A stretch of 62,881 bases of DNA. It comes from Nostoc linckia z4. GTDB taxonomy: Bacteria > Cyanobacteriota > Cyanobacteriia > Cyanobacteriales > Nostocaceae. A model generated the notes under the pieces. The model was given only the letters and a program-made list of their open reading frames with translations, did no database searches and was not told the origin of the DNA. This document shows, piece by piece, positions 1-10,174 of the stretch; positions within the stretch are counted from its first letter, which is position 1; each line of letters begins with the position of its first letter. The translations under genes and the position numbers were made by a program. The DNA is taken from the NCBI RefSeq assembly GCF_002608075.1, contig NZ_LAHA01000035.1, forward strand, positions 14,453 to 77,333, in the 5' to 3' direction.

Positions 1-130
1 CCTCTCAATTTCTGGCGTTGCAGAATCAAAATATGAATCATGCGATCGTTTCAAGCTTGCGGATCTGACTTAATTCGCACCTTGGGCATTTTATAGCGAT
101 CGCTCTCATTCATATTTCTATTCTCAAAAC

Positions 131-703
131 ATGGTGACGTTCCTCAATGACTTAAACAATAACGTCAAAGGTTTTGACAACTCCAATGATGTCATTAATG
201 GTCAAGGCGGTAATGACACAATTGATGGTTTAAGTGGCAATGACTATCTGCGTGGTGGAGCAGGCAATGATATCCTCATCGGTGGTGCAGGCAATGATAC
301 TCTAGCTGGCGGTGCTGGTAACGATGTGCTTACGGGTGGCAATAATGCCGATTCTTTTATTTTCAACACCAATGCCACTTTCACTAACTCTGCTGTTGGT
401 ATCGACCAAATCACTGACTTCACACGTTCTCAAGGTGACAAAATAGTTTTAGATAAAACCACCTTCAGTCAAATTACCTCTGCTGCTGGAAATGGTTTTA
501 GTAATGTGGCTGATTTTGTGGTTGTCAATTCCACCCAAATTCAACAAGGCATCACCAGCGCTGCAATTGTTTATGATGCTGTCAGTGGGGGGTTATTCTA
601 CAACGAAAATGGTAGTGCCCCTGGTTTTGGCAATGGCGGTCAATTTGCAACTCTGGCTGGTCTGCCAAATCTGTCGGCATCTGATTTTGTTATCCAAGCC
701 TAA
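131..703 (+). CDS. hemolysin-type (RTX) calcium-binding repeat protein
   Basis: 190-aa ORF with tandem GGxGxD nonapeptides ([29 protein letters not shown]). Confidence 0.7.
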   Translation: MVTFLNDLNNNVKGFDNSNDVINGQGGNDTIDGLSGNDYLRGGAGNDILIGGAGNDTLAGGAGNDVLTGGNNADSFIFNTNATFTNSAVGIDQITDFTRSQGDKIVLDKTTFSQITSAAGNGFSNVADFVVVNSTQIQQGITSAAIVYDAVSGGLFYNENGSAPGFGNGGQFATLAGLPNLSASDFVIQA

Positions 704-1135
704 GACACCCAATACTCACAGCAGGGTGCAAACAGCGTTAGATCTTCATTAAGCTAAAAAACATCTAAATTGCATAATCAAAATCTAATCATCATTAGAC
801 TTCTAAGAGAAGTGGGGAAAAGGGTAAGGGGTAAAGGGGAAAGCGGCTCATAAAAACCCTTTTCCCTTTAACCGAAACGTATTGAGGGAGAGGCTGTTGG
901 CGGCAGTCTCTCCTTTCCTCTGGGAATGACGATGGTTCAAAGAATTTGTATATTTTATTTTTTTGGAACTTCCTTAATTGAAGTGAGAAACAGCAAAGTG
1001 CTGCGGGAGCAGTGTGATACTAAATCCCAGAATTGTCCCACAATTAGGTCAAACCTCTGTAGCTGCGTTGTTGCTTGATACTCGATGCAACATTCCGCAA
1101 CAAATAAACCCTAATTAAGCAACCCTTATCAATGA

Positions 1136-1169
1136 AAAACCCGCCCTCGAACGCGAGAAAGCGGGTTTT
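1136..1169. terminator. hairpin between convergent genes (AAAACCCGC ... GCGGGTTTT)
   Basis: 9-bp GC-rich stem flanked by A-run and T-run, lying between the 3' ends of 131-703(+) and 1205-1651(-). Confidence 0.45.
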
Positions 1170-1204
1170 AAGCAGAATGGATTTGTTTTGCTTATATCAA
1201 AGAA

Positions 1205-1651
1205 TCATTCAAGACTATTTGGGAAGAAAGCAGCAGGTGAAATATGAAAAAATTTCGCTAGTTCTTCAATGTGTCTAGTTGTTAGTTTACGCTGCTTTTT
1301 CAATATGGCCGATATAATAGATTCTGTTTTGAAAATGGGTAGTAAATCTTTTTGACGTAATCCATTTTCTTCTATCAAAACCTGAAGTAAATCTATTCCA
1401 TAAATATCAGGTATAGGCTCTTGTGCTTGTTCATACTCGTAAACCAGAGTGCCTAAAATATTAAGATAATCTTTTTCATCTAATGTTAATGGGGCACTAT
1501 CTATCAAAGAATTAATAACTTCTTGAGTAGCAAATAACTCCTCCTCAGTCTTGATAGGACGAGGAGGGAATGCTTGCAACAGTTCAATGTATGTAGGGCG
1601 TTTATTTAAACCAAGGGTCATTTTTCCATTTATTTGTATCGTACTCTGCAT
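1205..1651 (-). CDS. higA: HigA-type antitoxin / HTH transcriptional regulator
   Basis: 148-aa ORF directly downstream of and overlapping a HigB-like toxin ORF. C-terminal HTH-like region (LTTRHIEELAKFFHISPAAF). Start may be the internal Met at 1621. Confidence 0.65.
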   Translation of the reverse strand: MQSTIQINGKMTLGLNKRPTYIELLQAFPPRPIKTEEELFATQEVINSLIDSAPLTLDEKDYLNILGTLVYEYEQAQEPIPDIYGIDLLQVLIEENGLRQKDLLPIFKTESIISAILKKQRKLTTRHIEELAKFFHISPAAFFPNSLE

Positions 1652-1904
1652 GAGTTAATACGTTGCGAATAAATACTTTTTGACTTTGATAGTCAATAAA
1701 AGTAATAAGCCGATATTTATTTCCTTGAATATTAAAAACCGTAAGTTCACCTACTGAATCGGCAGAGTTGAAAGTTTCACGAACTTCAAGTATATTTTGC
1801 CACTTGGCTGATTTTACGGCTTTGTTCCAACCACGTAAACTAGATTCAGCATCAGGATACTTTTGATAAAAAAGTTTTAATGCTGTATTGGAAATTACAT
1901 GCAT
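1602..1904 (-). CDS. higB: type II toxin HigB (RelE-fold mRNA interferase)
   Basis: 100-aa ORF of typical HigB size and sequence pattern (WNKAVKSAKW..FNIQGNKYRLITFIDY), with toxin-first order typical of higBA. Confidence 0.7.
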   Translation of the reverse strand: MHVISNTALKLFYQKYPDAESSLRGWNKAVKSAKWQNILEVRETFNSADSVGELTVFNIQGNKYRLITFIDYQSQKVFIRNVLTHAEYDTNKWKNDPWFK

Positions 1905-2091
1905 AGTAGATGTATTTTTTCAGAATAAATTTCATGATTTGACTTCCTTTGCAGTAGTTGAAACGACTCATAATTAATTACAACTTAGCAAATTGCTAAG
2001 TGAATGTCAACAGTTTAATGATTGGCTTTCGCTTTACCCTTATACTTCAATTAAACTCGTATACATGTTTAATGAAACAGAGAGTAGCTTT

Positions 2092-2109
2092 AAACCTGTA
2101 TACAGGTTT
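2092..2109. promoter_or_regulatory. 18-bp perfect palindrome AAACCTGTATACAGGTTT (half-site copy at 2322-2339)
   Basis: Read directly. The second copy AAACCTGTATACAAGTAT sits 24 nt upstream of the small ORF start at 2298. Confidence 0.35.
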
Positions 2110-2172
2110 CTAGACTTCATTTAAAGGATAAAGTAATTCGTAATGGTCTACGGTTTTATCGACTTCTTGACC

Positions 2173-2298
2173 TTAAAACCATTCAATCCAGTCCTCTATA
2201 TCATCAGTTTCTACTACTCTCATTTTTACTTCATCAAAATCCTCTATTGTATAAAAAACTTTATATTTTCGGTTTATATCTAATGTGCTATCGCTCAT
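2173..2298 (-). CDS. possible 41-aa acidic small protein (MSDSTLDINRKYKVFYTIEDFDEVKMRVVETDDIEDWIEWF)
   Basis: Manual translation. Below the track threshold, no recognisable family, flanked by the palindromes. Confidence 0.25.
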   Translation of the reverse strand: MSDSTLDINRKYKVFYTIEDFDEVKMRVVETDDIEDWIEWF

Positions 2299-2752
2299 AC
2301 ATTTATAAAATCTAAAACTATAAACCTGTATACAAGTATTTAATTACGCTTTTCATAATTTTATTTTTATACAAAAGTCAGTAAACTACCCTGTTTTTGA
2401 AAAAAGCAGGGGAAGCAGGGGAGGCAGGGGGAGAAGAAAGAGGGGTTATAAAAACGGATTTGGTATGAGGTAAGAAAATTAAAGTAATTTTGTCTAAATA
2501 GCTAAAACCTTCACCAGACAAGGAATCTAACCAAAATGCCAGTATGAGTGCGCCCTATTGGCGCTTGGCTGTGAGTAAATTCCAAAATTGCTTGATGTCA
2601 AAGGTTTTCAAGCATTTTGATGCAACTGAACTATTCTTCACATCTCAAGGTTGCATATTTTGATTTCAGTTCTCCCAAGAAGTAATACAGAAGGCAGTCA
2701 AACGATTACCTCAAACCAAATCAAACATCATTCTCATCTAAATCTAAAGTAT

Positions 2753-3745
2753 ATGCCTAACCCAAATTTGACAGACATTGCAAACAATCCAATTGTATAT
2801 GCACCTACGCAGACTGAGCCAGCAAACAAATATGCAAATTACTCACAAGCGAGTTCAGCGTTTGATATTTCTGAGGTAGATAACTTTCCCTTGGACAGCG
2901 ATTACGACCTCACAACCGAGCAAATCCATAACTTTCAGCACGATGGACATTTGCTGGTGCGCGGTGTAGTTTCTCCCAAAGAAATAGCTATCTACAAACC
3001 TGCGTTAGTAGAAACAGTTGACCGCTATGACCGAGAACAGCAAGCGATGGAAAAGACTGTTAGCGGTCAAAGTCAAGGATGGCAGTTTGTTGAAAACCTT
3101 TACCAACTCGATTTAGTTGCCCAACGCTTTGTTTTAGCTCGTCGGTTTGGCAAGATTGCTGCCGATTTATTAGGAGTTGATACTGTCCGCTTATTCCGCG
3201 ACCAATCTTATTTCAAAAAACCAGGAGGCGGTAATACACCGTGGCATCAAGATGGTTACTTTATGCCCCTAGATACAACTCAAATAGTCACAATGTGGAT
3301 TGCTTTGTCGGAGGTTTCCCCAGAAATGGCACCGATGACTTTTGCTAGCGGTTCCCACAAACAGGGCTATATCGGGGCTTCAATGCCGCTGGATGAGTCA
3401 ATGGATGAGTTTGAGCAATCCATTATTAAATCGGGGTTTCAACTCAAAAATTATGGAGCAATGGCAGCCGGAGATGCAAGTTTCCATTCTGGCTGGACGC
3501 TGCACAGTTCGCGCAAAAACACAAGCGATCGCACCCGCGAAGCCTTAGTGATTGTTTTTTACGCCGATGGAGCCAGGGTAACGATGCCCCCTGTACCCGC
3601 CAATGCTCTACCGCAGGAGCAGTTTGCCGCTGTAATTCGCCAACGCAACTTATCTACCTGTTTGCCAGGATTGAAACCGGGAGACTTGGCTGAAACTTCC
3701 ATGAATCCAATCGTTTACCGAAGAACTCTGACTTCTGAATTCTGA
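2753..3745 (+). CDS. phytanoyl-CoA dioxygenase (PhyH) family Fe(II)/2-oxoglutarate oxygenase
   Basis: Track ORF 2651-3745 starts at TTG, so the ATG at 2753 is preferred. HxD motif PWHQDGYF and distal His (FHSGWTLH) typical of PhyH. Confidence 0.7.
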   Translation: MPNPNLTDIANNPIVYAPTQTEPANKYANYSQASSAFDISEVDNFPLDSDYDLTTEQIHNFQHDGHLLVRGVVSPKEIAIYKPALVETVDRYDREQQAMEKTVSGQSQGWQFVENLYQLDLVAQRFVLARRFGKIAADLLGVDTVRLFRDQSYFKKPGGGNTPWHQDGYFMPLDTTQIVTMWIALSEVSPEMAPMTFASGSHKQGYIGASMPLDESMDEFEQSIIKSGFQLKNYGAMAAGDASFHSGWTLHSSRKNTSDRTREALVIVFYADGARVTMPPVPANALPQEQFAAVIRQRNLSTCLPGLKPGDLAETSMNPIVYRRTLTSEF

Positions 3746-3830
3746 ATTCTTCTTCATTTTCCCATCTCAAACCTAGCGAACCAGCAACCGCCGAAATTAA
3801 TCCGATCGCTTACTCATCTTTGTTTCTGTC

Positions 3831-6068
3831 ATGGTTTACCAACGCACTCATACCTGGCTCTACTCTTTAAAAGACTCTCTGCAACCCCTCAAGCCGCATC
3901 TGACCCCCCTAGTCTGCCCGCAAGCGATAGAACAACTCGACTCTGTAAGCAGTTACTTTCCAGATGCGATCGCTTCGACTTATGGCTTTGAATATCGCCT
4001 GCAACCTTCTGCTCCAGTAGTTGACTTTGCTTTTCAAATTACCGATACCGGTCGAGACATTTTAGCAGGCTTAAACCCCCATACACGTCTGTCGGAGGAT
4101 TTTAACAAACATCCCGTTTGGCAACAAATTCAGAAGTTCTCCACCGAATGGGCAGATCCTTCTTCCTTACTCCATTACTTCATTAGCGATCTTTGGTTAG
4201 AGTTTGATTTAAAGCTGGATGGCGATACTAGTAGCTCGCCAAGTTCACTTGGCGGGGTAAAGGGGAAAGGGGAAAGGGGAAAGGTTTTAAATCCCTTACC
4301 CTTTACCCCTTCCCCCAGCCCTGACCCAGCATTTTTGGGTTGCCAGACTACTAATATCCCCATACCTGGGTTATTTTTCGGAGTGACTAGCCCACCAGAT
4401 AATTCAGGAATCTCCTTCAACTACTCTTGGATTTGGGAACAAGCTATGCCTTTATTATTAGGCACGCCTTTGCCTCCCGCCTTAGAGAAAAAATTCATCG
4501 ACTGTATCAAACGGTTGCCTCCCCGAACCAGCATTTTTCAGGTTGGGCTGATGTTTTCCCGAACCGTGGAAGCAATAAGACTCTGCCTTGTCGGTTCTCC
4601 TTCGGAATTGCTGCCATACTTGAATGAAATAGGCTGGACGGGACAGCTTGCGGAGGTAGAAAAGCTCGTCAACTCCCTTTCTGGCTGCGTTGATGGCATT
4701 ATCCTCGACCTTGATATTGGCGAACAGATTTACCCGCGAATTGGCATTGAAGGAATTTTTCTCACCCGGTACCAAGCCTGCGTAAACGGACAATGGGAAT
4801 CGCTGCTAGATTATCTAACTTCCCAAGGTTTATGTGCCAAAGAAACCAAAGATGCTTTGCTCAAATACTCTGGTTATAGCTTAGTAAAGCATCTGGGCGA
4901 TCGCATTTACGTCCGGGGGTTGAACCATATCAAACTCATTTATCAATCAGGGCAACCCCTAGCAAGCAAAATTTATTTTGGTGCAATGCATCAACCCCTG
5001 AGTAAAATACCTGGGCGTTCTGCTGAGACGGTAAGTACAGAGGACGCAACCAAGCAAGAACGTGGCGACGGGGGGAGAGTTTCCCATATCGAATCAGCCG
5101 TTACTTTTTTGCTAACTGCACGGAATTCTGAGGGGTGGTGGATTGATTTTCACCTAGCGGCTGGCTTGAGCGATGAATGGGTGACTGGTTATGTAGGAAC
5201 AATGTTAGCGAATATACCCGATTCCCGCGTTTCTAAAGCTGTTTCCACAGCTTGGAATCTGCTCAATAGTCGCCGCCATCGCGTCAATGGCAAATGGGGT
5301 TACAATCGTTTGCCCCCTGGCGATGCAGATAGTACTGGTTGGGTACTCCAGCTTGCCCGCGCTATTGGTGAGAGTAATTCAGAACGGGCGCGTCAAGCGA
5401 TGCAATCCCTAGCAGATCATAAGCGGCCGGATGGAGGTATTTGCACCTATGAGAGTGAGGAATCGATTCGGGCTTTTATTCATGCTTCTCCGGAAATCGG
5501 ATTTGCGGGTTGGTGCGGTTCCCATACTTGCGTGAGTGCGGCAATAGCAGCTTTGCCGGAATACCGCTTTCAGCTTCAAGATTATTTGCGATCGACTCAG
5601 CAAAATGATGGTAGCTGGCTGGCTTACTGGTGGCAAGATCCCGAATATGTAACAGCTCTAGCGGCTGAGGCGATCGCCGCTTGTTATCCAAATTCTGATT
5701 GTATTACCAACGCCGTGGCGTGGGGAATGAACCGCCTTAGTTCTCAGGGATTTGTCGCAACTAGCGATTGCCCCTCTGGTTCGCCATTTGCCACAGCTTG
5801 GTGCTTGCGACTGCTGATACTGAGACGGCAAGATACCGCAGTACAAGCAGCGATCGCCAAGGCAACTGATTGGTTATTAGCACAGCAACAGCCCAATGGT
5901 TCTTGGATTTCGTCAGCCAGGTTGCAAGTTCCATTACCGGATGACCTAAATCCCAATAAATTTAACCAGTGGATTTACCACGGCACGATTCAAGGCAGTG
6001 TAGTTTTTGACAAGTATTGTGTCTTCACCACCGCCACCGTATTACAAGCTCTACATCGTAGTTTATAA
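3831..6068 (+). CDS. two-domain protein: unknown N-terminal ~400 aa plus C-terminal terpene-cyclase/prenyltransferase-like alpha/alpha-toroid repeats
   Basis: 745 aa. C-terminal repeats of the squalene-cyclase type (EGWWIDF, DADSTGWVLQ, RPDGGICTY, QQNDGSWLAYWW, QQQPNGSWIS). Ends 12 nt before lanM. Confidence 0.65.
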   Translation: MVYQRTHTWLYSLKDSLQPLKPHLTPLVCPQAIEQLDSVSSYFPDAIASTYGFEYRLQPSAPVVDFAFQITDTGRDILAGLNPHTRLSEDFNKHPVWQQIQKFSTEWADPSSLLHYFISDLWLEFDLKLDGDTSSSPSSLGGVKGKGERGKVLNPLPFTPSPSPDPAFLGCQTTNIPIPGLFFGVTSPPDNSGISFNYSWIWEQAMPLLLGTPLPPALEKKFIDCIKRLPPRTSIFQVGLMFSRTVEAIRLCLVGSPSELLPYLNEIGWTGQLAEVEKLVNSLSGCVDGIILDLDIGEQIYPRIGIEGIFLTRYQACVNGQWESLLDYLTSQGLCAKETKDALLKYSGYSLVKHLGDRIYVRGLNHIKLIYQSGQPLASKIYFGAMHQPLSKIPGRSAETVSTEDATKQERGDGGRVSHIESAVTFLLTARNSEGWWIDFHLAAGLSDEWVTGYVGTMLANIPDSRVSKAVSTAWNLLNSRRHRVNGKWGYNRLPPGDADSTGWVLQLARAIGESNSERARQAMQSLADHKRPDGGICTYESEESIRAFIHASPEIGFAGWCGSHTCVSAAIAALPEYRFQLQDYLRSTQQNDGSWLAYWWQDPEYVTALAAEAIAACYPNSDCITNAVAWGMNRLSSQGFVATSDCPSGSPFATAWCLRLLILRRQDTAVQAAIAKATDWLLAQQQPNGSWISSARLQVPLPDDLNPNKFNQWIYHGTIQGSVVFDKYCVFTTATVLQALHRSL
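4254..4316. repeat. G/A-rich hairpin repeat (GGGGTAAAGGGGAAAGG...CCCTTACCCTTTACCCCTTCCCCC) embedded in frame in CDS 3831-6068
   Basis: Imperfect inverted repeat. The same family occurs intergenically at ~815-880 and 24700-24750. Translates to GGVKGKGERGKVLNPLPFTPSPSP. Confidence 0.6.
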
Positions 6069-6079
6069 GGAAAATTAAG

Positions 6080-9000
6080 ATGAACCCAGTTATTTCTAGT
6101 ATCTCTACACAGCAGTTGCCCGCGATCGCCAACCCCGTTATTTCTACAACTCAGTTGCAAAGCATCGTTAGCCGCGCTAGCAATCTGTTTGAACGACTCG
6201 ATCGCCAGATTTTCTCACCCTCCCCCGAAACTGATGAAAAACTCTTGCAATCGCGTCTTGAGACTTGGTGTCAGACAGTAGCAAAAGGAAATTTCGAGCA
6301 TTTTCAACAATACTTGCAATGGGATGGGCTGAATTTAGAAACAGCAAAAAGCGCGATCGCACCTGTATGTTTGCGCCACGATGCTCCCCTACCCAACTGG
6401 GCAAAGACACTCTCATCTGTTCTCAATCTTGCCTTTTCTCAGGCAGCAACAAATCTTGATGCAAAGACCTCACATCGCTTTTTGATTCCCCAGTCTCCCC
6501 TTCCCTTTGAAGAGATTCTCGCTCCATTTGTTTTATTTGCTCAACAAGAACTAATTGCTAGAACTGGCGAGTCTTACCAGAGATTAACCGATGAGGTTCA
6601 TGGTGTATTTGAACGCAGTTTGCTAGGTCAGTTAATTGACATCGCCACACAACCTTTACAGATAGCTTTTACCAGTTGGCGAGTCGCTCAACAATCCTCT
6701 TTTACTCGTCTACTGACACAGACACAAGAACTGCAAAGCCGCAACCTCTATATCCGCTTTGTTCGGGAAATGTTGCAGGGCAAACTAACTTCTTTTTTTG
6801 TAGAATATGCTGCTTTAGCAAGGTTACTGGCTACGGCAACCGAACTTTGGGTAGAATCGCAGTTAGAATTTCTGCATCACTTGGACGCAGACTGGTCAGA
6901 AATTGCAGAGAAATTTAACAACGGTTTACCTCTCGGTCAGGTGACAGCGGTGCAGCCTCTCCGATCTGACCCCCATCGCGGCAGACGCTCTGTAATTACA
7001 CTGAAAATCGAGCCAAATCTGCACTTAGTATACAAACCCAAGCATTTAGGCATTGAACAGGCGTACAATCAGTTTTTGGCTTGGTTAAACGAACAGGGTT
7101 CTCCTCTGCCTCTAAAAACCTTGCAAGTAATTAACCGCGATACTCACGGCTGGGTAGAGTTTGTCACCTCCCAAGCCTGTGAAGATACAGCCCAAATAGA
7201 ACGCCATTACCAACGGGCAGGGATGTTATTATGTTTGGTTTACGTGCTAGATGCTACCGATTGTCACTACGAAAATATCATTGCCTCTGGAGAATATCCA
7301 GTTCTAATTGATACCGAAGCTGTGATGCAGCATCGACCGAAAAACGAGTCATCAGCAAACCTACAGACTGCTCAACAACTCGCATTCCATCGCGTAGATA
7401 ATTCCGTGATGCGTACTGCCTTATTACCTGTCTGGCATCCAGCAGCCAATGGTAACTCCGGCTTTGATTTCAGTGGCTTGGGCAGCCACAATCAAGAGAC
7501 TAGGCATTATAAAGGACTCCAGTGGTCTGGCGTAAATACAGACCAGATGGCTTTAAATCAAAAGCTGCTGGCGATCGATCCATTTTTAGCTCACGTGCCA
7601 ACCTTAAATGGACAACCTGCCAATTTATCAGACTGGATAGAGGCAGTGGTGGAAGGATTTGAGCAGATGTATCGCTTCCTGCAAGAGAAACAAGACGTGT
7701 TACTCTCCCCAGATAGCCCGCTGCGGACAATGGCAAAACAGCTTGTGCGCTTTGTGTTTCGCCCCACAAACACTTATTTGAGAATTTTAAGCAAGCTCCG
7801 TAGTTCAGAGTACTTGCGGGATGGAGTTGACCGCAGTATTGGACTGGAAATCCTCAAGTTAACAGCAGCAGGCGCAACTGAAAAACCAAAATTCTGGTCT
7901 CTTCTCCAGTCTGAACGCCAACAAATGGAGCAGTTGGATGTTCCTTTTTTCTCAATTTATCCTGATACAGATGTGTTGGAGTTATCCCCAGATAGTCGCG
8001 TTGAGGGATTTTTCCAAGGTTCTAGCTTTGAATTAGTACTAGAGCGCATCAACAACCTGAGCAAATCTGATTTGGCGATACAAGTTGATTTTATCCGCAG
8101 CACTCTATATTTAAGAATGGTTCCCGGTCAAGAGATAGCTGCACCGGAAAAACCTGCCAATCAAACTTCTCTAAGCGTGCAGCAATCATCTGAGGCGATG
8201 CTGGATGAGTCAGATTTGGTTGCTGAGGTCATGGCAATTGCCCGCAGATTAAAAGAGCGAGCGATTTGCGCTCCTGATGGATCTGTAACTTGGCTTGCTC
8301 CTCAGTTTATCGCTCAACAACAGCGATTCCAATTTCAACCCACAGAACTGAGCCTTTTTGATGGCAAATTAGGAATTGCATTATTTCTGGCAGCGGTAGA
8401 GCATATTAAAAAAGATGGAGAGTTTCGAGAACTGTGTTTGGGAGCGTTGCAGGAGTTTCGTCAGGCGGTAGCCAAAATTGAACAGCCAAAAGGTGAATTC
8501 TCAAACCTGAATCTTGGCTTATCAACTGGACTAGGAGGATGGATTTACAGCCTGACTAAAATCGGTCAGTTTCTCAATGACGATCGCTTGCTTGCAGATG
8601 CTCTAAATTTGGCATACTCGATAGTACCAGAGGCAATTACTAGCGATCGCAGTTTGGATATCGCCGGCGGTACAGCAGGTACGCTTTTGAGTTTATTGGC
8701 ATTGTACCAGGTTGTTCGCGACCCAATTGTGCTAGAACGTGCCTGCCTGATTGGTCGTCATTTATTAGCCGAAAGTGTAATAACTTCTAAAGGCAGAGCT
8801 TGGAAAACGCTGGATGGTCGATTGTTAACGGGCTTTTCCCACGGAGCAGGCGGAATTGCCTACGCCCTGCTGAAACTGGCACAGGTGACGAATGATGCTG
8901 AGTTTCGGGCGGCTGCCGCAGAAGCGATCGCCTACGAACAAAGTATATTTTTACCAGAGGTAGGCAACTGGCCGGATCTCAGGGACTTTTCTAAATTTCT

Positions 9001-9448
9001 CCAAGCAAGTGCCAAATCCGAATCTTCTTCACTGATGTCTAGTTGGTGTCACGGTGCAACCGGTATCGGTTTAGCCCGCCTTGGCGGACTGCCAATGTTA
9101 GAAACTGAAGCAATCGATCGGGATATCCAAGTGGCAATCAAAACTACCCAAAAGCAACTCACCCAGAAACAAGGGATAGTAAACCAACTATGCTGCGGTC
9201 AGATGGGACAGATTGAATTTCTGCTATGTGCAGCCAGCCGATTGGGAAAACCAGATTTGTTGACAAATGCCAAAATTCATGCATTACAAATTGTGCAGCA
9301 AGCAAGACACAAAGGATATTATCTCGAACCCGCCCTACACTCAAGCGTATACGTTCCTGGTTTATTCCGTGGTGAGGTTGGTATTGGTTATACTTTGCTG
9401 CGCCTAACTCATCTGGAACAACTGCCTTCAATTCTTTTATGGGAATAG
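6080..9448 (+). CDS. lanM: class II lanthipeptide synthetase LanM
   Basis: 1122 aa. N-terminal dehydratase-domain motif DCHYENII. C-terminal LanC-like cyclase motifs SHGAGGIAYAL, WCHGATGIG, CCGQMG. Confidence 0.85.
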   Translation: MNPVISSISTQQLPAIANPVISTTQLQSIVSRASNLFERLDRQIFSPSPETDEKLLQSRLETWCQTVAKGNFEHFQQYLQWDGLNLETAKSAIAPVCLRHDAPLPNWAKTLSSVLNLAFSQAATNLDAKTSHRFLIPQSPLPFEEILAPFVLFAQQELIARTGESYQRLTDEVHGVFERSLLGQLIDIATQPLQIAFTSWRVAQQSSFTRLLTQTQELQSRNLYIRFVREMLQGKLTSFFVEYAALARLLATATELWVESQLEFLHHLDADWSEIAEKFNNGLPLGQVTAVQPLRSDPHRGRRSVITLKIEPNLHLVYKPKHLGIEQAYNQFLAWLNEQGSPLPLKTLQVINRDTHGWVEFVTSQACEDTAQIERHYQRAGMLLCLVYVLDATDCHYENIIASGEYPVLIDTEAVMQHRPKNESSANLQTAQQLAFHRVDNSVMRTALLPVWHPAANGNSGFDFSGLGSHNQETRHYKGLQWSGVNTDQMALNQKLLAIDPFLAHVPTLNGQPANLSDWIEAVVEGFEQMYRFLQEKQDVLLSPDSPLRTMAKQLVRFVFRPTNTYLRILSKLRSSEYLRDGVDRSIGLEILKLTAAGATEKPKFWSLLQSERQQMEQLDVPFFSIYPDTDVLELSPDSRVEGFFQGSSFELVLERINNLSKSDLAIQVDFIRSTLYLRMVPGQEIAAPEKPANQTSLSVQQSSEAMLDESDLVAEVMAIARRLKERAICAPDGSVTWLAPQFIAQQQRFQFQPTELSLFDGKLGIALFLAAVEHIKKDGEFRELCLGALQEFRQAVAKIEQPKGEFSNLNLGLSTGLGGWIYSLTKIGQFLNDDRLLADALNLAYSIVPEAITSDRSLDIAGGTAGTLLSLLALYQVVRDPIVLERACLIGRHLLAESVITSKGRAWKTLDGRLLTGFSHGAGGIAYALLKLAQVTNDAEFRAAAAEAIAYEQSIFLPEVGNWPDLRDFSKFLQASAKSESSSLMSSWCHGATGIGLARLGGLPMLETEAIDRDIQVAIKTTQKQLTQKQGIVNQLCCGQMGQIEFLLCAASRLGKPDLLTNAKIHALQIVQQARHKGYYLEPALHSSVYVPGLFRGEVGIGYTLLRLTHLEQLPSILLWE

Positions 9449-9460
9449 CAGCTTTTGAAT

Positions 9461-9497
9461 TTACCGCGACGTGATGCGTAGAATCAAGTCGCGGTAA
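9461..9497 (+). terminator. hairpin TTACCGCGAC-N17-GTCGCGGTAA after lanM
   Basis: 10-bp perfect stem starting 13 nt after the lanM stop, followed by T-rich sequence. Confidence 0.4.
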
Positions 9498-9718
9498 GCT
9501 GTTTGTTATTGTCACAATTAATTTTGCAGTTGTAGTCTAACTACCAAATCCCAACTTGTATATCTATAGAATATAGTGATAGCTATTGAGCCTAACACCA
9601 ATTATCCTCTGCTTCTATCTGTAATTGAAAAGCAATGAGATGAGATTCAATTATATTTGCTACGTCAGTTTTTTTAATTTATCTAGCGATCGCACCTTTA
9701 ATATTGCAAATAGTCTGC

Positions 9719-10174
9719 TCACTCCACCAACAACCCACTCACTACCAAAACCCTCAACTCCGTCACCCGCTTAAAAGCCGCATCATTAGTCAAAAACGCC
9801 TCACAACCAGCCATTAAAGCCGCCGCCACCTGCAACGCATCGGGTAACTGAAGGTTATAACGCACCCGAATTTTCGCGGCTTCTCGCGCAATAGCAGCAT
9901 TAATTTCTACAAAAACTACTTGTTCTTGTTGCAACATATCGACAAAAGCCTGCTCTAAATCCACTAACCCCAGACGTATAGCACCCACCAAACACTCTGA
10001 TAACGTTATTCCAGATACTACTGCTGTAATGTCAGCTTCTAACCGATCAAAAATTGGATCGACTAAATCCACAAACAACGGATTCCGTTCTACAAAATAA
10101 ATTACGGGTGCTGTGTCGAGAAATAAGCGAGAAACTCCAGCTAAGGCATCACTAATCTTCATTGTTCTGTTCAC
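9719..10174 (-). CDS. vapC: PIN-domain toxin VapC
   Basis: 151 aa. PIN acidic residues in context (FLDTAPVIY, LTNDAAF). GTG start overlaps the upstream stop (GTGA). Alternative ATG at 10162. Confidence 0.75.
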   Translation of the reverse strand: MNRTMKISDALAGVSRLFLDTAPVIYFVERNPLFVDLVDPIFDRLEADITAVVSGITLSECLVGAIRLGLVDLEQAFVDMLQQEQVVFVEINAAIAREAAKIRVRYNLQLPDALQVAAALMAGCEAFLTNDAAFKRVTELRVLVVSGLLVE

